From: Lytechinus pictus
Lineage: Eukaryota
Length of the DNA stretch: 64,000 nt
Assembly (NCBI RefSeq): GCF_037042905.1
Contig: NC_087249.1
Location: 34,410,001-34,474,000 of the forward strand
Direction: 5' to 3'
Every line of letters begins with the position of its first letter. Positions within the stretch are counted from its first letter, which is position 1. The notes beneath the pieces are model-generated. The model did not search any database. It saw only the letters and a list, made by a program, of their open reading frames with translations, and was not told where the DNA came from. Below, piece by piece: positions 14,901-29,900 of the stretch. The position numbers were made by a program, and so were the translations under genes.

Positions 14901-17900
14901 AGTTTATAAACTACAAGGATTATTATTGCTATAGTGAGTACACTGGAGCTTCCCTGGGGCTGCTGCATATCAACAAGAAAATTATTAAAATTTATTTAAT
15001 TACTCCAATTTGCAAGAAAAAAAAAAGATCTCTGTTTTAAAAAGTGCCCAAAGAGGAAAACTGTTCACACAGATAAATAAATCTTCCAAAAGGTGTATTT
15101 TTTCCTTCCTCAATGGGTGCGGGGGGGGGGGGGGGGGGGGGGGGGGGTGCAGTTATATAAGGCAAGCAGACTCCAGGTTTATAAGGAGTCATTTTTATGA
15201 TGATAAACTTGATTGCGTAACATGATGGCTAATGTAAAGAAGTTTGAAGTGGGCAAAAGAAGACACAAACAAGTGAAGAATCAGAAAGGTGACAAACCTA
15301 AATACAAATAACACAAGCTTCATTCCTTTATCTTTTTTATGTGTCAATTAATTTACAATTTTTTGGGGGGGTTGGCTTCTATGCACAATGAATGAAAATA
15401 AAAAGTCAATGCCAACATTGCAAAAGAAGAAACAAAACGCATCAAGTATGAGCTGCAGATTTCTTGCATGTCATATCAAATTTATGTTGATAGATTGAAT
15501 TCAACGGTCTTTCAAGTTCTTTTGAGAAAAAAAAGAAGTATATTTTAATTGGCGACTTAGGCCCATATTCTGGCATCAGGTTTAACTTAGACCATGGTCT
15601 AACTCTGTGCTAAAATCATGGGAAGCCAAAAGTGTCAAAATTTTTATTAAGTTGTATGTTTCTTATGTTTTCTGTGCTCTTTCCTGATTCACCAATGGTG
15701 AAAAAAAATCATCTTTTTATACTTCCTAGACAATTATGAATGATTTGAGAGCCAAATGAGCTGAAATATGATATCTCTACTGTTAGTGATTTATGTAAAA
15801 ATTGGCTATCCATACTTAAACCACAACTTTACACCTGAGTATAAGTTAAACACGACTTCAGAATACGGGCCTTTGTATTTATAAACTGACAACTTCGACA
15901 ACTGGGGACCATTTCATGAAAGTTGTCAGCCCAAACAAATAGCCCCTCCCACTTCCCCAAAAAGTTATTCTCTGACAGTTGCCATCAAAACAATCAGAAG
16001 CCAGTCGTTCTCTGTAATCAACAATCTTAAATTAGTCAGCACTGACAGTTATTGGCAGCAGACAAAAGTTGAAGATACCACCCACCCTCCTCCTTCCTCT
16101 GAACGATGGGACTGAAATAAATCTAAATGAATATTCACAACTGTATATTTTCCATAGGCCTCAATTAATATTTTAGCATCATTTAATCTCCTTTTGCAAT
16201 CCATTTATACTTGAATTGATATTTCAGTCAGCCCTCAGCCCAACCCATCTTTCTTTAAAAGTCAAGAACGATCCCTGGATTCTTTTCCAATGTTGACTCT
16301 ACATATTGTGTCATGACATGTACACACAACACACCAGTGACGTGTGCAGTGCTCGACTATTGCAACTTGGACCCAGTTCTCATTACCACACTAAAACTAG
16401 TTTACTGAAAACTGGTTTAGTGGAAACTAGTTTAATATGTAATGAAAACGGCTGAAGCGATCATCTTCCAAACCTGTTTGGAAAACCACCTCAAGATGTA
16501 GTTTTCGAGATCGCTTTGCCTCGTTAAACTGGTTTTAGCATAAGTGAGGACACAACCGTTCTTCAGGAAGCAATCTTTGCACATTTTGAGCCCGCTACTC
16601 GACAAACTGTGAGTAGAATGTCTACGCTGCGGTTTTGAATTTTGCGAGAAACATGTCACCCCCACTGAGAGCATTCCCATAGCAACAAGGCCACTTTAAA
16701 TGAAGTGCTTTTGAAAACCACTTTCGGTTGATCATATGAGAATGCTAGCAATGCGATCTTCCAAACTGGTTTCCGGAACCGATCTCCAAACTAGTTTTAG
16801 AAAGTATTATGAGAATGGTGTCTTGCCCAATAAATGTCACTACATTCAACATGTATGTCTTTCAGAGACATGTTCATGACAGATGACGGAATGGCATTTT
16901 ACAGCTTAACTTTCAATTAGTGCCCTCCAGAGAATTTTTTCAAACTTTAATAATAGCAACATGATAATCCTAATGTCATTTAAATATCCATGTATTAATA
17001 TCAATGAATATCTCATTTAAAGGGACCTTTAAGAAAATTAAGTTTCATTGAACATAAATCGGCTTTCATTTTCAATTACATGTGATCACTTGCAATTAAA
17101 CTCTGTTCTCACTCATGAAGTTTTTTAAATGAATATCACATTTACAGGGACCTATAAGAAAATTTAAAGTCTCATTTAACCTTAGTACCCTTTCATTTTC
17201 AATTGCATGTGATCACTTGCAATCAATCTCAGTTCTCACTCATGTATTTTACCATTATTATTTTTTCATCCACATACATGTACCCAATAAACCCAACCAA
17301 TCAGTTATTAATGAAACACAGCCCTCACCTTCCTTATCTCTTTGTAAGTCAATATTTAATCAAAACATATTTATGATAATTGAATGGTACACGCAATCAC
17401 CAATCTTTCTTTTCTTCCCACCCACCTCATTATTTGCATACCAGCCCACTGTCATTTGCAAAAGAAAAGTCCCTAATTATGCATGACAATAGCTATGGCA
17501 CACATGAGTGGACGCAGCATGTGTGATGTCACAAGCTAGTGTGCTGTGCAGTATTTACTAATGTGTGTGTGTGTGTGTGAGTGTGTGTGCAGTACAGCAT
17601 GGTACCTGTGTGTGCATAAGAGCTGTATTACGTGGAGACGGCATAGCCTGGCACCGGATTTCAATAGTGGTTTGTCCTTTTTTCCCTCAAAGGCTTTTTG
17701 ATGTTGCTTGTACAGCGTTGCATGGTCTTTCTGGTGTCAAAAGACGGACTGCTTCGAATTCTGTACAACCAGTCAACCAACTGTCGCTTTGATAGCAAAC
17801 ATCAGTATAGGGATCATGTGTTAAAGAGCTATGACGGAATACACCAGTGTAGTAGTTAATTTACTGGCATGAGTTGTTACTAACTATCAAAAATGTTATT

Positions 17901-20900
17901 ATCAGAGATGGAGGGGTCTGCTGTGCTGAACAGATGGCAAAGTCAAAACCTAGGAAGAAAACAGAAATCCAGCTATTCCTTTAAGCAGGAATGACATCAA
18001 TTTTATATCACAGTAAGTATGCATGCCATTTATAGTGTCTCAAAACATGTCTTGTTGCTCATATACACATGTAACACAATTTAAATATATATATATTTTT
18101 TTGCTTTGGGGGATATACAGGTGGTAGGCCTACATGTACGCCACCCCAATATCATATTTCAAATAACGGATCCTATTTTCAATAAAATCTACAATCTTTC
18201 TCACCAGGGTAATGCATGTATAAAAGTGTTCTAATTTCATTATTTCATGCATTGAAATTCAAGTCAGGACAACACATTAATTTTGCTTAAAAAGTTTTTG
18301 CCATTTCGCAAAAAAGAGGAAACGACATTTCATTTTAAATCATCATAGCTTAGAGAAAATTAAGTCAAATTTAAAATACAGTCAGTACTGCACAATTGAT
18401 ATTGACATTTCACACCCGAGGGTACATATTTACAAGAACACACATTAACCTCAATAAGTCAAAATTTCTTTATAATAAAAAATAAAATACAATTTGACTT
18501 TAGACAAAGTGATAACCTGCATTTGCATGTAGGAGGAGCATAGGGAGAATATTTTAGGAAATATGAGGTAAAATCTAGTATCCAGGCAGGATGCTATCGA
18601 AAAGAAATGCTTAATCATGATAATTTTAGGAAATGATGTGACCAAAACAGATTTTGAATGGATACTGATAAATGCCTTGTTGCTGTAACAATGGGTATAG
18701 TACTCATAATAACAAATCCAATTGCAAGGAAAGAAAATTACCACAACCCACAAATACAAAATTGGCTGACAACAGTTCTGATTGAGAATTACTGAACTTC
18801 CATGTAATCTTCACTTTCATCATATGGACTGACTATGACACAATATCAGGCAATAGCAACTAAAAAAAAAGATACTTTTGTTATTTATGCTGCAGTGCAT
18901 TAACATGTACTTGAAAAAAAAGACCAAACAAAATAATACACTTGATTTGAACAGTTTGGGAAATATCTGAACAAGTCTGTCAAAAAATCTGTCAAAAAGA
19001 TTCTACTTGAAACTGACAGTGCACTGGCAAAAATGACATCCATGATAATTGCTTGATAGCTTGAATTCAACACTGATGGCTTTTGCAGCTTTCTGCCAAT
19101 TTGCCAAATTTTCTACCTGACTTTCATGTACATGCAATTGTTGGCTGCTTGTTCTTCTGTCAAAATCACTCAAACTAGTAATATTGAAATACTGACAAGA
19201 AGTTTTTTAAGTCAAAATATACATGCATACTACATGTATCTCATGTACATGACATGTCATCATTTTATAACTTTAATCATTTTACTTCTTTTTCAGTCAG
19301 ATTCAGTATGATAACACAAATTGGAATTAGAAAAAGCATATCAACTACCAATGTTTAAACTAGTTTTCAAATTAGTAAATGAAAAAAATAAGAGAATTAA
19401 ACACAAGAAAAAATGTCAGACAAACATGTACTCGGCAAATTAGAATATATTTGCCAAAGCAAAAATAGAGATGAATGAATTGGTCAAACAAACCGTAAAT
19501 AACTGCAACTCATGATGTTTGTTCAAGAATACCATCTGACCTTTAAATAAATATTAAAGTTAATGGTCATACAAAAACCTACAAAATGTTAATCTTTTAC
19601 ATGCAAACAAGGAACCACTCTAAAATAATACTTGAATAAAACTGTATGATACAGGGGCTAAAGAACAATTTTCAGGGGGTGGAAAAGCAAAAAATCACAA
19701 TGAGATGGTAATTTTCATGTTTTTTTGTACAATTTTTAATACTGAAAAAGTAGAGGAGGAGGCTCAAAGCCCAACTACCCAACTACTTCATGGTTCCACA
19801 GCCCGTGTGAAACTTCAGTGATCATTTTGGATCTATAGTCTTGAATTTCTAAATTACAACATTAATGAGTACAGCATACATTGTACATGTATATGGTCAA
19901 TTCAAGTATGCCTGTGGGATATTTTATAAAAAGACAAACTTTTGTAAGACTGAATATGATACGATATCAGGGTTCATGGGGACGAAATTTACTTTCACAC
20001 TAGTTAAGACCATTAGTTGAATTTCAATTACAAATGCAACCAAAACTATGACGTCTGATGTACATGTACATTGTAAAACATTAAGTGATTTTTCTTTTTC
20101 TACTTCTCTTTACAGACAGCAGCAAGGCAAATAATAGAATGGAAATTAGTTCTTGAGTGGACATCGCAATGCTGAAGCTCCAAAGATGGCCGTGGTATTT
20201 ACGCTATTTATTCTGAAGGGCATCATGCTCCTGGTCGTGCTCCATGCATATGTTACCCATGGTAAATCTCTCAATGGGTTGTTGGAGAGGAGAGAAGAAT
20301 GTCCAATTTCATGTACATGTTACAACCACACTGTCGATTGCAGCTTCATGAACCTAAGGAAAGTGCCTTTCAATATTCCCCCCAAAACAAAAGCGCTGTA
20401 TCTGAACGATAACGTGATCGACAAGTTAGATTTTGGGCTTTTATCAAGACTCAGTAGGTTGGAGGAGTTGCATCTGCAAAGTAATAAACTTGAGGGAATC
20501 ACAGAGAAAGATGTTGAATTCCTTCCACAGTTAAGAATTGTTGATCTGAGAGATAATCCTCTAGTGTGTGATTGCAGCCTTGCTCATGTGATGGGAAGGA
20601 CGTTAGATGATACAAAAAAATTCAATGTGATATTGGGGGATACAAAATGTGTTGCACCTATGCAAAATGAGAAGAGACAAGCAAGTGATGTACTGAGAAA
20701 ACTTGACTGCAGACATCGCAGTAGGAGAGGTGAAATGCAATGTCATCCAAGGTACTGTCTCAACGGTGGTACATGCATCGAAGGCAACGAAAGGCCATTT
20801 TGTGAATGCCCGGATTCTTTTGTGGGTCAATACTGTGAGAGACCAAATTCAGATGTTGTGCGCATCTTTCTAGAAGACATCACTGTTCACAGTGTGAAGG

Positions 20901-23900
20901 TATCATGGAGGCCACCACATCATGTTGACGTAGAGAAGTACTTTGTGACTTTCCGTGAACAAAGCCCTGCAGCCGATCCAAAACATTTTTGGACGCGAGA
21001 GGATTATTATATCTTTGTTAGACTAATTCCAGGGTCCTTTTACCAAGTGTGTATTATAGGATATTTAAGTGAAGATGATACTCTAGATGAATGTTGCAAG
21101 GAATTTGCCACACAACCTCATCCCAGTCAGCCCGGACCTGGACACCCGGACCATCCAGACCATCCTGATCCTCACTTCCCAGCTACTGAATCTAGAGACA
21201 GGGAAGATGTCATTCACAAAGCAGCTGTTATTCTAGGATCTATCATAGGTGTCTGTGCCTTTTTCATCATCTGCCTGACTCTGGTTTACAAATTCCGTTC
21301 CCTGAGCAACACCAGGAACTTGGATGGAAGATCTCCTTCCCCTCCGATTGATGACGAAAACGAGGCAGAAACAGAGATCTCTCAAGCTCCAGGCAGTGAG
21401 AACGATGCTGGTCGTGGTGTCTTTGTGGTTTCTGTTCCTGCTCCAGAACAACCAGCAGCTCAACCTGAAAATGAAGTACTTGAAACAGATACTGCAATGA
21501 CAGATCCTATCCCAATTAACAGGGTCCTACATGCCCTACAGCCACCAAGTTCGCGAGGGCAGCAAGAGGCACCCTCACAAAACACTGTAGTATTATACCG
21601 TTCTGAAAACAGGAACACGGTGGAGGACCTGTCAAGGGACAACCCCTCAGGGACAGCACCCTTCTTTATTGTGGCAGATGGGAACCACTACCCTCTCGAT
21701 CCAGCTCTTTCACATGTTTTATGCAGTGCAATGTCTAGAAGCAACGTTCCTAGACAACCCCTTCCCAATGAACCACCACCACCCTACTCAGAGAGAGCAG
21801 AAGATACCCAACTCACCCAAGTTTCAATCAGAAACAGGACAGAGTCTGATCATTTGTCTAATGTTACATGTGAAAGAAACCTTGATGCATCATCGGTAGA
21901 CACTATAGAAGAAGACAAATAATTTTACTATTACCTCATCTTGTCTAAAAGTAGAGTAAACTAAGAGAGTAGCAACCCTTGCCTCTTTTGGGATATTAAA
22001 CTTTGTATATTAAACTGTTTAGCTGTCATTGTTCATAAAATAGTTTATGAAAGGATAATCAGGATTGAAATAAACAGAGAATCCTTTAAACTGCTTTGTA
22101 AAAATACATCTGTTTCAGGAAGAGCTTGACTTATGTCCAGTTCAATAAAATACAGTGAAATTGTCATATGGCTGGCAAACGGGCAGTAGGATGTGTATGC
22201 ACAATGATTTTCAATTCTTGTGCGAATGGCACAAGGGCTATAGCTTGATTGCACACTATGAGAAAAGTAGTGTACGCGAGATTTAACACCTGTTTTTCTG
22301 ACCAACACGAATAGGAATCGACTGACACAAAAGTCCAAAAGCTTTTCTGTCAGTAAGGCAACAAAATTGTATTTCTTTTCTAAGACATCTCAACATTCTC
22401 TTCAAATTTTCTATATTTCATTACAACAGATGTTAATAATCACAAACTCAATTGTAAAAAAGAAATATGACAAATTTATATGACCAGAACATGTAGAACA
22501 CAAAGGCCATATTTCTGTTCATGTTTCATTGGGATTTAGCAAATAAATGTAGCAAAAAAATCAAGGCCCCATTTCATAAGAACTTACAATATATTGTAAC
22601 TTTGCTATTACAATAACTACATGTACATGCACCATGAAAACATTGACTTTCATTTGCTTTTAAGCCCTGTTAACATGGTTGTTTATGGCATTTTTAACAT
22701 GATGTAAGTCCTCTATGAAACACACCCTTTATAAAGTTTTGGGTGTACTAATTCATTACAAAGAGGAAATTAACGCTTTCCTTAGTTTACTTCATAATAC
22801 AATTGATTTACTATAAATTAATTCCAAAATATATTTCGTTCAAATAATATACTGTGAAACTAGAATTAGTTAATTAAAAACAGACATTCCACAAAGAGAA
22901 AATTTGCCTTAAAAGTTACTTTAAAAAAAAGGTACTGCAGCAAGCAGGTTATTATTCAGTGAAGTATCAATTGCCTTAAATTCAAATATATCGTTGAATG
23001 TAGAATAACTTATGCAATTTTAAAAGATATACGTTCACTTTGTTGGTATAATGTAATGTGTATGTATTCAACTAAGATGTTGGTTAAAATGGGAAAACAA
23101 ACATGAGAAGAGAGAGAGAGAGGGGGAAGGGGGGGGGGTCTCCATTTTGTGATATTTCATAGGAAGAGTAACCACACACTACATGCATATAACTAAGGTA
23201 AAGCCCTCTTTACAAGACATTAACCAATGAATGTCCATCTCTAAGAGGTCCGTGCTTTCACCAACCACAAACAAATTCAATGGCTGCCTGCATAAATATT
23301 TGGGGAATAGTTTTTTTGGAAGAAAATATATACTATTAATATGTGGGTTAAAAACTACAGGAGGATTTTATCACAAACAAGTGATAAGAGAAGAAATTGA
23401 CACGATTATAAAGAGATTATCTGTCACAACTTCGGTTTTCAAACAATTTTGGAGTGTATAATTGCCTCCGGACAACTTTTTTTCTTCAATTTTTACATTG
23501 ATGTGCTTGGCATTGGAAAGCTAGTGAAAACAGAAGAAAAAACAAAGGTTAGTCTGGCATTATCGGTGGGGCTAAGACCTCCCTTAGCCCAACTCATATA
23601 ATGGGAATTTATAAGCAAAAATTTGCAAATGTAAAATGCCTTTTAATAAAAGGTTAAATATATTTATCCAAACATTGTTGTTGTAACAGTTCATGTACAT
23701 GTAGCTGGCATGTAGAGTGCATGTCAATGCAATTTGTAATAACAGAAATCATAGTAGTGTCATGACCACCTAAAAATCTGAAAGTTAGTTAATTGCATAG
23801 CTTGATTTCAACATTCATCACACTTTAAAAAAAAAAATACAGAGAGTTAAAGAGTTAATACTTTTGCATTGAATCTCTAAAATGTGATGGATGGAATAAG

Positions 23901-26900
23901 AAATACGTTTTTGAATAATTTGTGTTTTGTAAAATTATACACCATTTGGTTAAGTTGATTATTCAACGATGAAACAAAAATCAGGGTCTAGCTATTCTTG
24001 AAAGAAAATTGATACATGTACTGCTTAATGCCAAAGCTTATTATAAATTGATGTGACATCATATGTAAGAACGATGTACTGTATTTCTGTTGTCTAACAT
24101 GTACTTAATGTACTAAAATGAAAATAATTGACTTGACTTAAAATCATGAAGATATTTATATTCTGTGAGATTTATATATTTTGCTTCAAAAAGACTATGG
24201 GTTGTGTTGATTGATATGTTAAATTAAAAGAAACAAATCAAGTGGAATATTTGAGTTGTGTTTCTCATTAGAATGTAGTAAAATAAAGTGTTACAGAATT
24301 CAGTGTTAACCAAGGAGAAGTTGGATTATTGGGTCATACAGAGAGACGGATTTAATTTAATCTTAGAACTTTGAATTAATCTCAAGCTCAAATAGAATAT
24401 AATCGGTTACTCTTTGAAATACTGGTCCCTAATGAATCTGATACATGTATTCCTGGTCCCAGCACAGAGCATTCTGTTGGATATTTTAACCTGATATTAT
24501 GAATTCTCTTGGACCTTACAAAAACTTTTAACTTTGATCAGCAAAAATATGAGATTCAAGAGAGGAGGGAGAGGGTGAGAGACAGATAACGTAAGATGGA
24601 GGGAAAAAAATAACTACATCTGCAAAATACTTGTGCTAATGAGATGCTGTGAAGTATTATGAGCTCTACATTCACAGATTTATTATTTCTAAGAATCGAC
24701 AGCTTGTAGCTGGTTAACAAAGAAATTCAATTTGTCTTGGTTGTACTTGAGATATAAATGTATTTTAATATAATTACAGAATGACCTAAAAATATCAGAG
24801 GGCAGATTTTTACTGTTTGTTATTAAAATGAAGAGCTCATTTGTACGTCACATCCTCTCTGTGGAACAATGAAGTGATAATGAAAAAAGAAGAACTTATT
24901 TCAGACTGTGAGTATTCTATTCATTCAACATACATAATTCATAACTTTTATCAATATCATTATTTTCTTTTAATCAAACTTTCACTAAAGTACTTCAAAT
25001 ATTTTCTGATACAGGGTGAATAAGCCTTATGAGTTTCATTCTCCTTTTAGATTTCCTGTAGCAACTGGAGGTGGATTTGAAAGCACACAGACTATTTAAA
25101 AACATGTGGGCTGCACAGATGTTACCTTACACTGCTCAAGAAGAAAGAAATATTATCCATACTGCATAATGCTCAAGTATCTTAAAGGCCATAATGGAGT
25201 TATTTCCTTTCACTGCTGGTTTAGATACCAGGGTCCCATATTGATAGCGACATGCATTGGCTGACAGTGATAGCGGCAGGAAACGGAGCAAGGATCTAGG
25301 CTTCCCTGGTTACATTCCTAACATGGTACGACCTGGTACAGACCAACATCAATCTCCTTCCACATACAGGATTGATTAATGTGAGGCATGTTCACATTCA
25401 AACACAATCACAATCTCTTACCCACCAAACACATGTACAGACCAACATCAATCTCCTTCCACATACAGGATTGATTAATGTGAGGCATGTTCACATTCAA
25501 ACACAATAACAATCTCTTACCCACCAAACACATGTACAGACCAACAGCAGCCTCCTTCGACATACAGAATTGATTAATATGAGGCATGTTCACATTCAGA
25601 CTTAAACACAATCTCTTACCCACCAGATGATGTGCTGACCTAGTCATTCTCCTTCCACATGCAGGATTGATTAATTTGAGGCATGTTCACATTCAGACTT
25701 TATCACTATCTTTTACCCACCAATGTACAGACATATGTCCAGTCTCCATCTACATACAGGATTGACTAATGTGAGGGATGTTCACATTAAAAGTTAATCA
25801 AAACCTGGTACATGTAGGTAGAGCAAAACATGAATTGAGCAACATCCTGATCTAGTATTGATAATTATTCAATATCATAGAAAAGTGACACACATTTCAA
25901 TATGTATCTCTCTCTTTGTTAAAGGGATGCTCCAGGCTGAAGATATATAGAATAAATAGAGTAAAATTCACAAAGCAAAATGCTGAAAATTTCATCAAAA
26001 TCAAAATCTGATTATACATACATGTAACAAAGTTATTGAATTTTAAAGATTTGCATTATTCCAGTGAAACAGTTCTAGGCATGTCTTCATGAATATTCAT
26101 TAGGTGGGTTGATGATGTTATATAGCCACTTGTTCTACCTACAACAAAACCAATTGGATTGACAACTGATTAAGTGCATTGATTATTTCTTGCTGCAACT
26201 TATTTTATAATAATGGAGATACATCATTTACACATTTATGAAAAAATGAAACAAATTATGATTTCATGTAATAACATAAGTAATAACATAAGAAAAATGA
26301 AAGTGGGGATGTGATATCATTAGCCACTTAGTGAATATTTATGAAGACATGCCTCGACCAGAACAATGCAAATCTTTAAAATTCAATAACTTTGTTATTT
26401 GTTATCCGAATTTGATGAAATTTTCAGCATTTTGCTCTGTGAATTTTTCTCTATTTACTAGTATATATATCAATATTTTCAGCCTGGAGCATCCCTTTAA
26501 TGAAGGGCACATTCACAATCAGATTTAATTAGGGTTAAAGAAAGTTAAACATTATGGTACCTACAGTCTGCACATACATGTACAACAGGTACTACAGCAT
26601 TCCCTACATGTAGCTAACAATAATAGCAACTTATTAATCAAATATGCTTTTAACACTGCACTTTTTGTCCTAAATTGGTGGGGCTAAGGGGGGGGGGTCT
26701 TAGCCCCACCAATTTCACCAATTTCACACTACGTTTTAGCAAAGTGGGCTAGCACAGTAAATAGTACGGTACTATCTGGCCCTGCAAAAAAGCAGGGTTA
26801 GCCGGCTTATTGTGGTGCTAGCACCACAATTGCGGTGGTAAGAGATGCAGTGTGAAACGAAACAGGGCTAAGCAAAAGCGGGGCTAAGCATTAGCCAATC

Positions 26901-29900
26901 ACAGAAGTCAAAATTGCACGTTAATCGCGCTCTGTATGGTAAAATCATCAATATTTATGAGCTGTGTGATTGCCCGGGGTTAAGGCGTTAACCCCGGCTA
27001 AGCAGATAGTATGGGGTTAAGAAAGACAGTGTGAATCGAAAAAAAGATAGTATGGGGTTAAGGATAGTCCGGGGTTAAGGATAGTATGGGGTTAAGGAAA
27101 TGCAGTGTGAAAAGCATAAAAGTGTAATACATGTATGATGCAGCTGGTCACAACTAGTCCTGATTTGTTTCCTTCATCTACACTTCATTACATGCACTGC
27201 AAGTCCTCTTTCAAATTAAATTCAATTGCAAATATACAGTTCTTTGATACCCTATTCATAAGTAAACTGACACTGGACTGATTACACATCCAAACAGCAT
27301 ATATACATTTGATAATCTAGATTCTCACTTTCTATACAGTCAGAGCACATTTCAAGGGGCAATAAGAAACTTTGTTGCTATTATGCTAAAACATTAGGAA
27401 CTAAGAAGTTGCTTCCAGACATTTATACACTGTACAAGGCCAATGCTTATTAAAAGTAACACAGGTTTGCTGTTGACAAGAAATGCAGAAATTCCAAGAC
27501 AAATTTGTTCTTAAAAAACAATGAATTGGCACCATTTTGATAGCTTGCAACAGATAATTTGTTGTATTTGGCATCAATAAAATTTTATAAGACAGGAACC
27601 TGTTCAATAATTTTCAACAATTAAAAAAAGTAGAAAAATGTTATTGGCAGTGCGCAGAGCATTTCTTACTTATTCATTACTACTTTGCATTCCCACATCC
27701 TTGTTTAATTACTGAATATACACTTGCAGTGTTCCCTTTCACACTAAGCAGGACTCCTGACATTGAGAAACCACATATTAACTGTGATGATCAAATACTG
27801 ATTTGACAAAAATCAGATGAAAATAAGAATGTTATCATCATGGCATTTGAATGGTTTGCCTACATATGTACATGTATGTATTTTTACAAAATGCTGATAT
27901 GCACATCCTGAGCAGTACTCAAATTGGTGAGCTGACAATGTTACACAATCATCGTTTCTTTTGAATAATATTACATTAAATATTTCATTTTCGGTGTAAA
28001 TTCAACATTAAAAAAGCTCTTTGCTAAGTTGCAATAATCATGTTGATTTCAATTGTTCCATGGTGGTGGATCAAAGTTTGACATTATTGGAGGAAAAAAG
28101 GTGAATATTCAGCATGAATGAATGACGATGCCATGTACAGATTTACCGGAGCTAACATTGTACTCATTGCTAAATACATGTAAGATCGCATTAATATGTC
28201 CACACTTTTTTTTCATTCATTGATTTTTATCAAAAAGTATATCAAATTTTTCCATAACATCTTCAATGTCATGTAATGCTGTAGTATTCTTGTGTAAATT
28301 ATTTTAATTTGGTTTTTCAATTTTGACAACCAGTATTCAGCACAGTACAAATCAATGAGTTTGCAATGCATGGAAAAGTTCATTAAAGTCATGAGCTACC
28401 TCACCATTCATAAGTGGAAATGTCACGCCATATTCCATTTTGCAAATAAAATAATCTTATCTTCAACCTTGACAGCCCCTAACCTGATAACATAACCCAC
28501 TTAAAGATGGATCACAAAGGAAAATATGACTCACAAGATAAAATTGGTTTATATATCAATAGATACAAATACTGTACTTCTAATAAGTATAGGTTCAACT
28601 ATTTTAAAAGCTTGATTAAAAGTTTGAACTTTAGTTTCATCACCTCATATGCTTGGAGATTCAAGAATACGGTAGTTAATATCTCCTATTCAAATCATTG
28701 CATCTTACATGTAGTTACCATCTCCAACAAAAAAAAAACCCAAGTGAACAAACAAAATTACAGTAACCCAGATGGGTTATTCAAATGAATCACTCTACGC
28801 ACATGCAACCATGTACTTTGGCTTGTGGTTATTAGTTTTGTTTTATTTCAAATGTATAAATTAATTATAATACAAATGTTTTTTTCAAAAATAAGAACAA
28901 ACCCTAAGATGGGCTGTGAGTCTTTCTTAATCCAGGTGGGTGTTTCATAAAGCTGTTCGTAAGATATGGATGACTTTAAGCATGACTGTTGACCGCTTCT
29001 TGTTCTAGATGATACATCCCTATGTCATTCATTTAGGAGATAAGAACATGTTCCAGTCATTTGTAAAGTTGTGTGTAACCTTACGAGCAGATTTATGAAA
29101 CACCCACCAGGATTTTTTTTTCAGAAGCCTGTCACTAATGGCCCATTCTCTAAATTTCTATAAATTTGCTTTAATAAAATGTAAAAATATGAGGATTCAA
29201 CATTCATTCTTTTCTACTGGTTTCTGGCATCAAATCTCATGCTAAAATGAATTCATTCTGGTGTATGGTGCTTTCATGGCTCAAAGATAATCCACATCTG
29301 ACCTTTGTCATGTTGTTCATAGATCAGTATTTGAACAGATAATCATTCGGATAGCGCAACTGGGCTCCGTCTTACAAAGAGTTATGATTCATCTAATCAA
29401 TCATAACTATATGGAAATCCATCGGTGTCGTAATTTTTTCTACAGGAAATCTACAAAATGTCCTTTCAAACACACCAAATTGTCAAGAAAATTATGAATG
29501 TATGAATTTATACATCATATCTAGAATTTTTTTAGAATAACATGAGTTTTAGATGTTGGCGCAGCTGGCTTTTCATAGTTGAGGTTGATCAGGGGAGCGT
29601 TTCATGAAAGGACTTGTCAGATGTTTTATCCGACAAGTACTGTTTTATCCGACAGTTACTATGGTAACAGTGTCTCTCAGCCAATCATAATCAAGGAAAG
29701 TTGTCAGACCTGACAACTTGTCGGATGAATATGTTGATGAAACGCTCCCCAGATCAATCTTTGTAAGACGGGGCCCTGGTGTTGACAATGTGACATACAG
29801 GAATGACAATATTTGTTGTATTCATACATGTACAGGAATCTCGCTGTGTTAATATTTGCAATTCCCAATAGATTTTTGAATGTGAGGCCCTTTATTTCCA

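Noticed and set aside
20153-20185. ORF-track start of the 589-aa protein
   Set aside because: It starts at a TTG; the first ATG in good context, followed by a signal peptide, is at 20186.
25338-25790. CRISPR-like or ankyrin-coding interpretation of the 99-bp repeat
   Set aside because: No unique spacers, the context is eukaryotic, and there is no ankyrin consensus.
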